NCBI GenBank assembly: GCA_037441675.1
Contig: JBBIRS010000001.1
Coordinates: 192,001-256,000, forward strand
Origin: Planctomycetales bacterium
GTDB lineage: Bacteria > 4484-113
Reading direction: 5' to 3'
Length of the DNA stretch: 64,000 nt
This document shows, in pieces, positions 30,568 to 39,842 of this stretch. Positions within the stretch are counted from its first letter, which is position 1. Every line of letters starts with the position of its first letter. A program made the position numbers and the translations under genes. Under the pieces are notes generated by a model that was not told where the DNA came from, searched no databases, and saw only the letters and a list, made by a program, of their open reading frames with translations.

Positions 30568-32652
30568 CTACTCTCTAGGTATCGTAACACCAGGCATAAT
30601 CACGCCTGTGTTGTTGTCACGACTAAATTGAACGGGTAAGAGAAGCATGCGGAAATTCGGGTCAGCAAGAACCGTTAGGTCAAGGTCTCTACCATCGCCA
30701 TTACCTATCACAACATAATCAGCAGCCCAAGGCCTCAGAGGCAATAGAGTTCTAGTAACTGGATAGATATCAGTTTCTGATGGAAGCCACAGAACAGGAA
30801 CCCCGGGAAGCCTACGATTGGGATCCCCGCCAATAACTCCCCTAATGTCAAGAGTAAGGTAGTGGAGCCATGGATTGCCAGTTGTTGGGTCATCGTTCTC
30901 AATATACCTACTCAATGGGGATGATTCATCTATGTAAAGTCCATCCACGAAGTTAGCAAGCGCCCAACGGGTAAAGATGACGTCAAACTTCTCGCCAGTG
31001 GCATTTTCAATAATTTGAACAGGCCCAGTTCCACCAACAGTGTAAATTTTTCTGATAGCGGAGGGTCCATAGTGCTCCATCAAGTAAAGGAAGAATAGGA
31101 ACGTTCCACCATACTGAGCAAGAACGTCCACATCCCTAAACCTACCGAAATCAAGTGGTATTGGAGTAGTCTGGATTTGGAAGAGATATGAAGTTAACTG
31201 ATCAATGAGTAACTGGGCAGTCCTACCGCTAGAGATAGTATAGCCAGCGACGTAAATAGCAAGCTGGGAGAGCCCTTCATTCAGCCATCTAGAATCTCCA
31301 ACGCCGTTATCAGCAAAAATCTTGTGTTGAAATTCATGGGCTGTTACCGCATAAACCTGGCTCCAATCGTCGCTGTCCTGTGGGAAAATCATCGGATCTA
31401 TATAGAGCGTTGACCAAGCGTAAGATTCCTCTTCCCGTGGCTCTTCTTCTTCGCCCTCACGTGGGGGGCGGAATATTCCTCGCTGCCAGTTGGAGTAAAG
31501 CCCCCCAGCTCCAAACTGACCTAAGTTTAGAATCGCGATAACTATTCTTTGATCTCTACCAATGTCTGTATCAGGCTCGCCAGGTAAATCTCTAATTAAG
31601 TTACCCTCACGGTCAAAGTCGTCAGTGGTGAGTCTTAAATTTCTGTCAATGTCTTTCCAAATTGGACCATCGTTTGGACCTGGCCCCTCATTGCGAGTCC
31701 CAAGAACCGGTGCCATTGCCTCGGTCACGTTGGGATAAATAACTGTGTCAAACTCCCTCGCCAAACGATTCAATCTTTCCTCAGTGAAACGAACTCCATC
31801 GGGGAAACCGTTGTTTATCTCAGTAGTGAGAAAGATATAGCATCTCGAGCCTATGGCTACTAGCCTTCCGTCCTGTCCATAATAGGCATCAGGCCACCTA
31901 AGCTCCTCAGGGTTATCCATTCTCTGCTCTCCCTGCTCAACAGGCGGTAAAGGTTTCGTTCTCGGGATCTCGGTAAAGGTTCGCACCACACCCTTAGACA
32001 GTAGAGATACAGTCTTAAGCGGGGCGCGCGTATCATGCCCACCCTGGGAAACCCAGTCCTTGTGCGCCCACTCTCTTAGTTCCTCAAGACTTGCTCTCTT
32101 GCCTTTTGGTTTTAGTCCTTTGTAATTCGAAGTGTCCAACAAAGTTGAGTAATTCTTTGGGTTTGATAAATCAATAATCTGTTTCTTAGCGAAGTTAGAA
32201 ACGCTTCTATCTACCAAGTTAAAGCTCAAGGAGTAAGTGCTTTCTGGAAGCCAGCCTACTTCTGCCTCTGGAGGTGGTTGATAATCCAGGTAGTTCTTAT
32301 CAATATTTACCATTACTAAAGCCAGTTGTTGCCCTGGTTGAAAGTTCTTGATGGTGACCGTGCCATTCCCCTGACTATCCGTAATCATTGGGAATATTTG
32401 CGCACCCCAATTTCCCTCTGGGGTGATTGGGGGTAATTCGGGAAGAGACGTGGATGGTGATGGTGGTTGAAAACCCGGATAGGCAACAAATCCGCCCTGA
32501 TTGAGTGGTGGAGATTGGGTGGAAGGATTGTAAATCTGTCCGTTCGGTGGAGTTGTGGTTGTGGTTACATCTCCACCACCACCGCAGGACAACGCAAATC
32601 CGCTTATTAAAATAATACTTCCCGCTAATAAAACGGCCTTAAGTGTTTTCAT
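30568..32652 (-). CDS. Lipoprotein zinc metallopeptidase (gluzincin, M30-like)
   Basis: Start moved to ATG 32652 (GGAG RBS, MKTLK...FALS-C-GGGG lipobox); AHEFQH...WLNEGLS, YGGTFLFFLYL. Confidence 0.8.
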   Translation of the reverse strand: MKTLKAVLLAGSIILISGFALSCGGGGDVTTTTTPPNGQIYNPSTQSPPLNQGGFVAYPGFQPPSPSTSLPELPPITPEGNWGAQIFPMITDSQGNGTVTIKNFQPGQQLALVMVNIDKNYLDYQPPPEAEVGWLPESTYSLSFNLVDRSVSNFAKKQIIDLSNPKNYSTLLDTSNYKGLKPKGKRASLEELREWAHKDWVSQGGHDTRAPLKTVSLLSKGVVRTFTEIPRTKPLPPVEQGEQRMDNPEELRWPDAYYGQDGRLVAIGSRCYIFLTTEINNGFPDGVRFTEERLNRLAREFDTVIYPNVTEAMAPVLGTRNEGPGPNDGPIWKDIDRNLRLTTDDFDREGNLIRDLPGEPDTDIGRDQRIVIAILNLGQFGAGGLYSNWQRGIFRPPREGEEEEPREEESYAWSTLYIDPMIFPQDSDDWSQVYAVTAHEFQHKIFADNGVGDSRWLNEGLSQLAIYVAGYTISSGRTAQLLIDQLTSYLFQIQTTPIPLDFGRFRDVDVLAQYGGTFLFFLYLMEHYGPSAIRKIYTVGGTGPVQIIENATGEKFDVIFTRWALANFVDGLYIDESSPLSRYIENDDPTTGNPWLHYLTLDIRGVIGGDPNRRLPGVPVLWLPSETDIYPVTRTLLPLRPWAADYVVIGNGDGRDLDLTVLADPNFRMLLLPVQFSRDNNTGVIMPGVTIPRE

Positions 32653-32763
32653 ATGCAAACTCCAATTTTTAATAAGGCTCTCAGTTAAATTATACCCAAT
32701 CAAGCGGAAACATAACAATTTCATCCAAATCTATTGCTGTATTTATTATGCGAGAATTTATGG

Positions 32764-33264
32764 CTATTCAGTCTGTGATTCTGTTTCTTTGGCTTTTTCT
32801 AGAAACTTCCTAATTAGCCTTCTGCCATTATTGATCGTTTCCAACACACTGCCAAAATCTCTATTCAGATTATCTAAGAGCTCATTAGTGTAAATTAGTG
32901 CTTCATTTTTTATTTCTACGGCTTCCCGCTTAGCTTGAGCAATTATTCTTTCGGCTTCCTGCTGGGCTTCACGCACTATGACGTCCTCTTTGATCAACTC
33001 TTGCGCGCGCCTCTCCGCAGCTTCTAAAATTCGTTTATGCTCCTGCTTAGCGTTTTCTATAATTGAGTTACGCTCCTTAATAATTCTCTTAGCCTCTTTT
33101 ACCACCAAGGGTAAAGCTTCCCTCATTGCCATTGATATTCGGAAGAATTCATGGTCTGGAATGGTGACTCTATGCGGGAAGAAAAATGGTGTCCTCTGTG
33201 CGTAAGACTCCATTTCATCGATAAGCTTTTCAGCTGTATCTAAATCTGCAAACTCTTCAGTCAT
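32764..33264 (-). CDS. Coiled-coil protein of the SepIVA/DivIVA-like family usually found after coaD
   Basis: LP...KEAKRII.ER..II..A..EA, EAERIIAQA..EA..IK.EA..Y; position directly downstream of coaD. Confidence 0.75.
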   Translation of the reverse strand: MTEEFADLDTAEKLIDEMESYAQRTPFFFPHRVTIPDHEFFRISMAMREALPLVVKEAKRIIKERNSIIENAKQEHKRILEAAERRAQELIKEDVIVREAQQEAERIIAQAKREAVEIKNEALIYTNELLDNLNRDFGSVLETINNGRRLIRKFLEKAKETESQTE

Positions 33265-33294
33265 TTTCTCAAATATTTATATTTACTCAAGTTA

Positions 33295-33795
33295 TTAAAA
33301 CTCAGTTTTGAGTTGCTTACTTACTTTTTTCATTATAGCATCTTCTACCACCTTAGGCACAAATAGCGTTAAATCACCGCCATGCTGGGCAATTTCCCTT
33401 ACCAAGGAAGAACTAAGATAAAGGTACTCCAGGCTTGTTACAAAAAACACCGTCTCAATATCACTTGCCAGCCTTCTATTCATTAGAGCCATCTGAAATT
33501 CATATTCAAAGTCTGTTGTCTCTCTAAGACCGCGAATAATTACCGTTGCGTTCTTTTCCTTGGCGAAATCAATTAAGAGACCGTCAAAGGCGCAAACCTC
33601 AACGTTTGTAATCCCTGAGGTTACCTCCTTGAGTAGTGCAATCTTTTCCTCAAGTGTAAAAATAGCGTCTTTTTCCTTAGAATCTTTCGTCGTCGCAACC
33701 AAAACCTCAGGGAAAATCCGTACCGCTCTTTCTAGTATATCCAAATGCCCATACGTAATGGGGTTGAAAGTTCCAGGATAGACCGCCCTTGTCAC
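33295..33795 (-). CDS. coaD: Phosphopantetheine adenylyltransferase
   Basis: AVYPGTFNPITYGHLDI, IRGLR..DFEYE.QMA.MNR, SSSLVREIA. Confidence 0.97.
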   Translation of the reverse strand: MTRAVYPGTFNPITYGHLDILERAVRIFPEVLVATTKDSKEKDAIFTLEEKIALLKEVTSGITNVEVCAFDGLLIDFAKEKNATVIIRGLRETTDFEYEFQMALMNRRLASDIETVFFVTSLEYLYLSSSLVREIAQHGGDLTLFVPKVVEDAIMKKVSKQLKTEF

Positions 33796-33831
33796 TGTCC
33801 CTGTTCCTCTTGGGTTAATTTTTGAAACCTT

Positions 33832-33860
33832 AGTCTAGCCTGTTTCCTCTAATCCGTCAA
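33832..33860 (-). promoter_or_regulatory. Sigma70-type promoter for coaD
   Basis: Minus strand TTGACG-N17-TAGACT. Confidence 0.6.
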
Positions 33861-34085
33861 TTTTAGTATATCTCAGATAATTTTTTCTTGGAAAGAACAC
33901 CATTTTTACTTAACCCTGCTCATTTTACAGCGATATCTAAAGTTAACTCAATCGGATAACTTATGTAAGTGTTTGTGCTTCATCCACATTAAATTCGCGG
34001 GTAAGGATAATTGCTATTCTTCAATTTCATTAATATTAATTTTTTATTAGAGGGATGTTTACCATTGGGATTGATAGGGTAAAAT

Positions 34086-35576
34086 ATGATGTGCCATATG
34101 TCACTAAATTTCTTTAGAAAAATTTCTTTACCACAAAGAAGGCAAGGATTCACGCTCATAGAACTTCTTGTAGTTTTGGTGATAGTGACGATAATTTTAT
34201 CCATAGCAGTTCCCGCCATTCTAAGTGGTAGAAGCCAAAGAGTTCTTGTCGCCTCTGCGAGTAGGTTCTATGCGGATCTTCAATGGGCAATGACCGAGGC
34301 GCAGAAAAGTGGAACGAACTATTATCTCGGTTTCAAATGTGACGTGGATAGGGATGGGATAATGGAATTTGACCAGGGTGAAATTCTCGGCCATGAAGTT
34401 GGCCCTGCGCCAAGAGTGTTTAGGCGTGATGACCAAAGTTGGGTTACCATTTATGGTAAAGATGGTAATCCCGTAGGGGAAACGTTTTACCCTCCGGACA
34501 ATCCTGGCTATAAGAGAATAGCAACCGGTTTCTACATCATTAAGGAGTCGCCTCGCTTTTGGAGTATACCTAATTCTGTTATCGGCTCGGCACAACTAAC
34601 AGACATCCCTCGTGAAGGAACTCCTTATACTTATATTGACTTTCTAAACGAGCTTGATAAGTATAACGCAGACCCAAACAATTATCCCGCTCCCCTTGAA
34701 CCGCAGTATCCCATCGACGTCAATCGCACACTAGCGCGTGGCGGAAACGTAACTGGTCCATTCATTAATCGCACTTCTGTTCCCAAGTTCTTTTACCCAA
34801 TCGGGATGACAACGGGCGGAACTTATGTCGCTTCGTTTTTAGGTTACGATTTTGTTAGCGGAAACCTTGACTTTAGCGATATTAGGTATCAAGCGAACAA
34901 ACTGTTTTGTGTTGCGGACACTGAAGAGATACTACTTTGGGATCGCGTTGACTCAAACAGCGCTGATGGCGTGAGAACCTACGATACTGGTGATCATCCC
35001 CGCCTCAAGGACCAAATCTATGATTATGTCCTGGTAAAGGAGGTTGATTTACCTGATGGAATTTACTTCCTTAACCCGTGGAAAAATCTTTATCAAGTAG
35101 GCACAGGTAGAAGCTCGTATATGGATTTTCAATTTCTTCAGTATATTTACAGAATAGCCCCTGACGGCAGTTTCCGTGTTTACCATTGGACTTACAATCC
35201 GGAGAGCTTTCCAGATAACCCAGGTGGTCCAGGCTCCTTACTTAGCGAGCGATTCAATGCAGGTCTTGTTCATGGTATGCCGGAGCTTAGATTATCCACG
35301 CCTGATTTTGTTTTCTTCTTTCTTACGGTTGAGGAAGTCATTGACCCGGAACAAAACTTTAACGTTAAGGACACACGCCGTGCCCAAATGGATGATTTTG
35401 GCAGAGTCGTAACAGTCTGGACGCTTAATAGCAGAGTAACAATAGATCCTTACGCTCCGAATGACGCTGAACGACCAATAACACCTGCTGAAGCTCCAGT
35501 TGGCAGCGGTTGGTTTGTAGGGTTCAACTATTTGAAGAAGCGTGCAGGCTTAACTTATGACAACTATCCCTATTAA
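34086..35576 (+). CDS. Large prepilin-type protein, FimT/GspH-like
   Basis: RRQG|FTLIELLVV class III signal; ASRFYADLQWAMTEAQK resembles the GspH/FimT helix; 496 aa; start could be 34098. Confidence 0.85.
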   Translation: MMCHMSLNFFRKISLPQRRQGFTLIELLVVLVIVTIILSIAVPAILSGRSQRVLVASASRFYADLQWAMTEAQKSGTNYYLGFKCDVDRDGIMEFDQGEILGHEVGPAPRVFRRDDQSWVTIYGKDGNPVGETFYPPDNPGYKRIATGFYIIKESPRFWSIPNSVIGSAQLTDIPREGTPYTYIDFLNELDKYNADPNNYPAPLEPQYPIDVNRTLARGGNVTGPFINRTSVPKFFYPIGMTTGGTYVASFLGYDFVSGNLDFSDIRYQANKLFCVADTEEILLWDRVDSNSADGVRTYDTGDHPRLKDQIYDYVLVKEVDLPDGIYFLNPWKNLYQVGTGRSSYMDFQFLQYIYRIAPDGSFRVYHWTYNPESFPDNPGGPGSLLSERFNAGLVHGMPELRLSTPDFVFFFLTVEEVIDPEQNFNVKDTRRAQMDDFGRVVTVWTLNSRVTIDPYAPNDAERPITPAEAPVGSGWFVGFNYLKKRAGLTYDNYPY

Positions 35577-35615
35577 ATCTATTTCGCGGAATAAGGCATA
35601 AATGTGATCTGAATT

Positions 35616-36611
35616 ATGGATGCAAATGAAAAGAGAATTTTAATTGTTAAAAGGGAGGGCTTCTCGTTATTGGAGCTCTTAGTTGCAGTTTCAATTTTAG
35701 CCCTCACGATGGTTCCCATTGCATACTTTTACAATCGTGCTATTCAGGCAATTGAGAATGCCTCCATTCGTGGTAGAGCCTTAGCCCTTGCCCAGGAAAG
35801 GATGAACGAGATTTTAGCTATGCCTTACGAGAAGATTTACGCCAATAATGAGCCAGGTCCTTCTGATATTGAGCTAAACGGACTTGATCCATCCACTGAT
35901 AACGTTTACGACTCAAATGAATTTATGTTTCACTATCCATTGCCTCTTGGCTTTAATCCCTACCGTCCTCAAACCCTAGGGGTAGATAATCGTGACGTAG
36001 TGACTCAAGATCCCAATTCCTATGTTAACGGAAACAACCTGGGAGACCCGGCGGGAGCAAATGGTCCTATTGCGCCTCACATAAACATTAGAAGATACGG
36101 TGGCTCCCCCTACTATGAGTATGAGCCTATTGGTTTTTATACCAGGTTAAGGAAAAGTGGAAGCATCAGTTTTCCGGATCCATCAAGAGATATAAGGGCA
36201 AATCCAGTCTATGAAAGGACGGAGCAGACCCAAGATCTATTTTCAATCTATGGTAGGCGTACTATTATTTTGAATGTCGTGCCAGATCCTCCTGATGATG
36301 ACAACGATGGTTACCCAGTTGATTCGCCCCTTGATGGCAACGCAACTGTTCTTGATCCATACCCGCCTCTGAAGGGTCCCGCCAACAAGTTTATGGTTAG
36401 AAGTCGGCATGGCGCGCGCGGAAAGCTCGTCATCGTTCAGGTATTTTGGCTTCCACGCAAAGCCCCTAAGGATATCTTAACGCCTGACGAATTGAATATT
36501 GTTCAGCTAAAGAGTTTTATTCCCGCAGCTCCTTCAACTGGAACCATAACTTCCGAAAACGACCTCGTATCATCGAACAATTATCTTTTAATTACACCTA
36601 GTTCAACATAG
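35616..36611 (+). CDS. Large prepilin-type protein, PilV/GspI-like
   Basis: KREG|FSLLELLVA; ALALAQERMNEI; KLVIVQVFW typical of PilV/GspI. Confidence 0.85.
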   Translation: MDANEKRILIVKREGFSLLELLVAVSILALTMVPIAYFYNRAIQAIENASIRGRALALAQERMNEILAMPYEKIYANNEPGPSDIELNGLDPSTDNVYDSNEFMFHYPLPLGFNPYRPQTLGVDNRDVVTQDPNSYVNGNNLGDPAGANGPIAPHINIRRYGGSPYYEYEPIGFYTRLRKSGSISFPDPSRDIRANPVYERTEQTQDLFSIYGRRTIILNVVPDPPDDDNDGYPVDSPLDGNATVLDPYPPLKGPANKFMVRSRHGARGKLVIVQVFWLPRKAPKDILTPDELNIVQLKSFIPAAPSTGTITSENDLVSSNNYLLITPSST

Positions 36612-36687
36612 GCAATCCTATGTTAAACTATACTGTTTTTAATGTTGCTGAAATTAGGTTTAATTTATAGCTTTAATAATCATTGAA

Positions 36688-37755
36688 ATGTTACTTTTAA
36701 GAAGGGATGACAAAGTGAAGCCTTTGAGAGACAAAAATGGATTCACGCTAATAGAGTTGCTAGTGGTAATCTCGGTGATTCTCATCCTCGTTGGAATAGC
36801 AGTTCCCGCCCTGAATAAGGCTAGAACTTCTGCTCGTAACGCTGAAGTTAAAGCTGGTATCAACGAAATACATCAGGCTCTTTCCCAGTATTCTGTGGAC
36901 AATAATGGCTTCTTTCCAGGTATGCACTGGGTAGTTATGCCGGATTCAACTGGTCGTAGGTATTCCGGGACTCTATATTCAGGCTCAGCTCTTCTTGGGG
37001 GAACACCGGATTTTGGAAGCGATTTGGAGCAGAAACTCTTTGAGGTTCCCACACCTGATAATCCGCAAAGGTATCTTAGCGACGGAGTGACACCTGATCC
37101 AGCGCGAGTTGATGCTTTAGTTGAAGCGGGTTATCTTTTAAGTTACCCTGCAAATCCTTTCTTGAGAGTTGGTGGTAGAAGCCAAAGGCAAATGTCCAAT
37201 CTTTTTTACTTCAGGGCAGATCCCGAGTCGGGTCCGGTGTTCACCTACACGCCTAACCTTTACGATTGGAACAGATATGCGACGTTTGAGAACACAACTA
37301 TGCGTGCGGACTATGAACATCACGGTCGGGGTCACTTCACCTATATCCCAATAAATCCGGTTCACCCAATGGGGATAGATTACATTAACGACTGGGATAC
37401 CTTGAACAATATTTCCGATCCTGCTGAGCAAAACCGATTAAAGAGCCAGTTTTATCGCAATGTAAGGGCGTTCATTCTCATCGGTTGGGGTGCAACCAGA
37501 GCGGATGATTCCGTCGCCAAGGGCTTTTCCGTTAAATACTACAATCGTGACATAGGTGGCTTTGACTTTGACAATTCTCTAGATATTGACCCAGTAGAAT
37601 CTTCCATCCAGAATCTCATTAGATTTCATATGGACGAGACTGGTCAAATCGGTGGACCAAATGTTGGTGCCTACGGCGCTCCTGACGTTGATGGAATTCC
37701 CATCATTGATTCAGGTTTGTATGGAGCGGCAATAATAATTTCATCAGGCTTGTAA
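36688..37755 (+). CDS. GspG/major pilin-like protein, paralog 1
   Basis: KNG|FTLIELLVVI..P22; IHQALSQYSVDNNGFFP; YPANPF; true start may be GTG 36715. Confidence 0.88.
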   Translation: MLLLRRDDKVKPLRDKNGFTLIELLVVISVILILVGIAVPALNKARTSARNAEVKAGINEIHQALSQYSVDNNGFFPGMHWVVMPDSTGRRYSGTLYSGSALLGGTPDFGSDLEQKLFEVPTPDNPQRYLSDGVTPDPARVDALVEAGYLLSYPANPFLRVGGRSQRQMSNLFYFRADPESGPVFTYTPNLYDWNRYATFENTTMRADYEHHGRGHFTYIPINPVHPMGIDYINDWDTLNNISDPAEQNRLKSQFYRNVRAFILIGWGATRADDSVAKGFSVKYYNRDIGGFDFDNSLDIDPVESSIQNLIRFHMDETGQIGGPNVGAYGAPDVDGIPIIDSGLYGAAIIISSGL

Positions 37756-37770
37756 AAAGGTAGATATATT

Positions 37771-38712
37771 ATGGGCGAGAAGACTAAGAATGGTTTTACC
37801 TTAATAGAGCTTTTAGTAGTCATAGTGATAATAGGTATGATTGCTGCGATAGCTATTCCTTCGTATCAGAAGGTTCGGATTAAAGCAAGGGAAAGTGAAG
37901 TTGCCAAGAATTTGGGCACGATTAACCTAGCCCTGTCTCAGTTTGGTGTTGACCACAACGGCTTCTATCCGTACCGTGTAAGCGCAGTGGATAACGCCGG
38001 AAATGTAATCACCACCTCCGATTTGGATGGTCTTTATCCACTGGGAATTTTCGGTGGCGTCAAAGTCTTGGATGATACCGGGGCGCTTAGAAGTACGTAC
38101 GTTCAGAATGGTTTTGTCCAGCCTATGTTTCCGGATGATAACTACTATCTTTACTTTAACCAATACACAGACCCTTTGGTCGCTTTGGGTTATCTAGCCA
38201 ACTATCCTAGGAATCCCTTCTTTCCCCGTGATGACCGACCGATGGGCAGTATTATTTGGGCATTCTCTGGTTCTGATTTAACCGTTCCTTCACGCTCCGT
38301 TGTGGTAACACCGGGTGATTTTGTATATACCTTTAATATGGGTGATCCCGTATCACCAGGTGGTCCAGGAGGAACTGCAGGCTCCGATGAGAGAGAAGAC
38401 CCAGATTCTACTATGCCCAACGCTGAAAGCTACAGTGTTGAACTTCCTAGTGGAGCTACTTTGAACTTTAGGCTTGATTTGATTGACTCGTATCAGCTAT
38501 GGGCGTATGGTAATTTGCCTATGAATGGTCCTTTTTGGGCAGTTTATGAGAATAATGATTACGCCCCTCCACAAAGAAGGGTTGAACCAAGAAGGGATTT
38601 TAACGGCAACGGATACCGTGATGCCTTTGAGGCAGGTATTATTTTATACTATTCCGCAGGTGGCAAATTCTACGAACAGGCAACTTCTGCGGGAGGAAAG
38701 ATTGTCTTTTGA
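37771..38712 (+). CDS. GspG/major pilin-like protein, paralog 2
   Basis: KNG|FTLIELLVVI..P22; INLALSQFGVDHNGFYP; YPRNPF. Confidence 0.88.
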   Translation: MGEKTKNGFTLIELLVVIVIIGMIAAIAIPSYQKVRIKARESEVAKNLGTINLALSQFGVDHNGFYPYRVSAVDNAGNVITTSDLDGLYPLGIFGGVKVLDDTGALRSTYVQNGFVQPMFPDDNYYLYFNQYTDPLVALGYLANYPRNPFFPRDDRPMGSIIWAFSGSDLTVPSRSVVVTPGDFVYTFNMGDPVSPGGPGGTAGSDEREDPDSTMPNAESYSVELPSGATLNFRLDLIDSYQLWAYGNLPMNGPFWAVYENNDYAPPQRRVEPRRDFNGNGYRDAFEAGIILYYSAGGKFYEQATSAGGKIVF

Positions 38713-38758
38713 TTTATTGATTGGAAAATAACAATTCACAAAATTGGTGGTGTGAACT

Positions 38759-39826
38759 ATGAAAGCCTTAGAGAATACTGTTAAGAGAGAAATGGGGAAA
38801 AGCCCTCTTAGGGGTTTTACCCTCTTAGAGATGCTTGTGGTAATTGGAATTATCGCCATACTCGTCACGGTGATGGTTCCGATAGTTCGTGGTGCGAGGG
38901 AGAAAGCAAAGGACGCCGCGGTAAAGGAGTACTGCTCAGCGATTGAGCAGGCTCTTGCAAGCTTTGCGTTAGCGCATGATGGCAATTACCCAGGAGTTGC
39001 ATTAGATGTGATGGCGCCATATCCAATACATGCGCTAGGTGATCCTGCCCTTTATCAGGGTAACGAGACGCCTCCTGGCTCTGTTGTGACCGGAGTAATT
39101 GGCGGAACGGGCTCCGCCATTCCTTCCACCAGTAGCGTTTATCAGTTGTTAAAGCAGGTAAAGGATACTCCTTTAGCGGGTAATTTGAATACACCAAGGT
39201 ATTTTGATTCTTTGATAGCTAGAGGTGCAATTGATGAATTTCCGAGAAACCCGTTTAAGAAATCTACTGGTCAGGAAGTTTCTAACAGAATGATTAACAT
39301 CTTCCGCTTTGACGGCTTTCAACCTCCTAATCCGCTTACAATTCCTCAAGACTTAGCAAATATTAACCCCTATCTATTGGTGAATCCTCTAGCGGATTTA
39401 AGTGTCCAGCCAGCGCCCGGGGCAGTTCCCGAAGCTGTAGGTAGTGTCTTTGCAGGCAGAATCAGGCTGTACGATTCCGCCCCAGGTGATGCCAGAAACG
39501 AGTGGAACTTTTATTTTGACCCTGACAGATACTTTGCGCCAGGCGATTTTGCCTATGTTCCAATCCTTAGCCTCACTAATGCCCCACCAATAGATAATCC
39601 ACAAACCCTGGAAAATGACAGATACACATGGGGAACTTTGGTTACAGGTTATATGCTATTCGGATATGGCTGGCAGGGGAACAAAACCAGTCAGTATGAA
39701 AAAGAGAAGGAGGAGTTTGGTAGAACTGGACTTCCGGGCTTTGGTGCTCAAGGGGTTGACACCCCATATGAGCAGGCGGTTTATGCCCTGTTTAATGGCG
39801 CTGTCTACTTTAGTAAAAGACCTTAA
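38759..39826 (+). CDS. GspG/major pilin-like protein, paralog 3
   Basis: LRG|FTLLEMLVVI..P22; IEQALASFALAHDGNYP; FPRNPF. Confidence 0.88.
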   Translation: MKALENTVKREMGKSPLRGFTLLEMLVVIGIIAILVTVMVPIVRGAREKAKDAAVKEYCSAIEQALASFALAHDGNYPGVALDVMAPYPIHALGDPALYQGNETPPGSVVTGVIGGTGSAIPSTSSVYQLLKQVKDTPLAGNLNTPRYFDSLIARGAIDEFPRNPFKKSTGQEVSNRMINIFRFDGFQPPNPLTIPQDLANINPYLLVNPLADLSVQPAPGAVPEAVGSVFAGRIRLYDSAPGDARNEWNFYFDPDRYFAPGDFAYVPILSLTNAPPIDNPQTLENDRYTWGTLVTGYMLFGYGWQGNKTSQYEKEKEEFGRTGLPGFGAQGVDTPYEQAVYALFNGAVYFSKRP

Positions 39827-39842
39827 CCTTGTCTAGCTTGTT

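Noticed and set aside
32653..32724. N-terminal 24 codons of the 718-aa ORF
   Set aside because: RBS and lipoprotein signal fit the ATG at 32652
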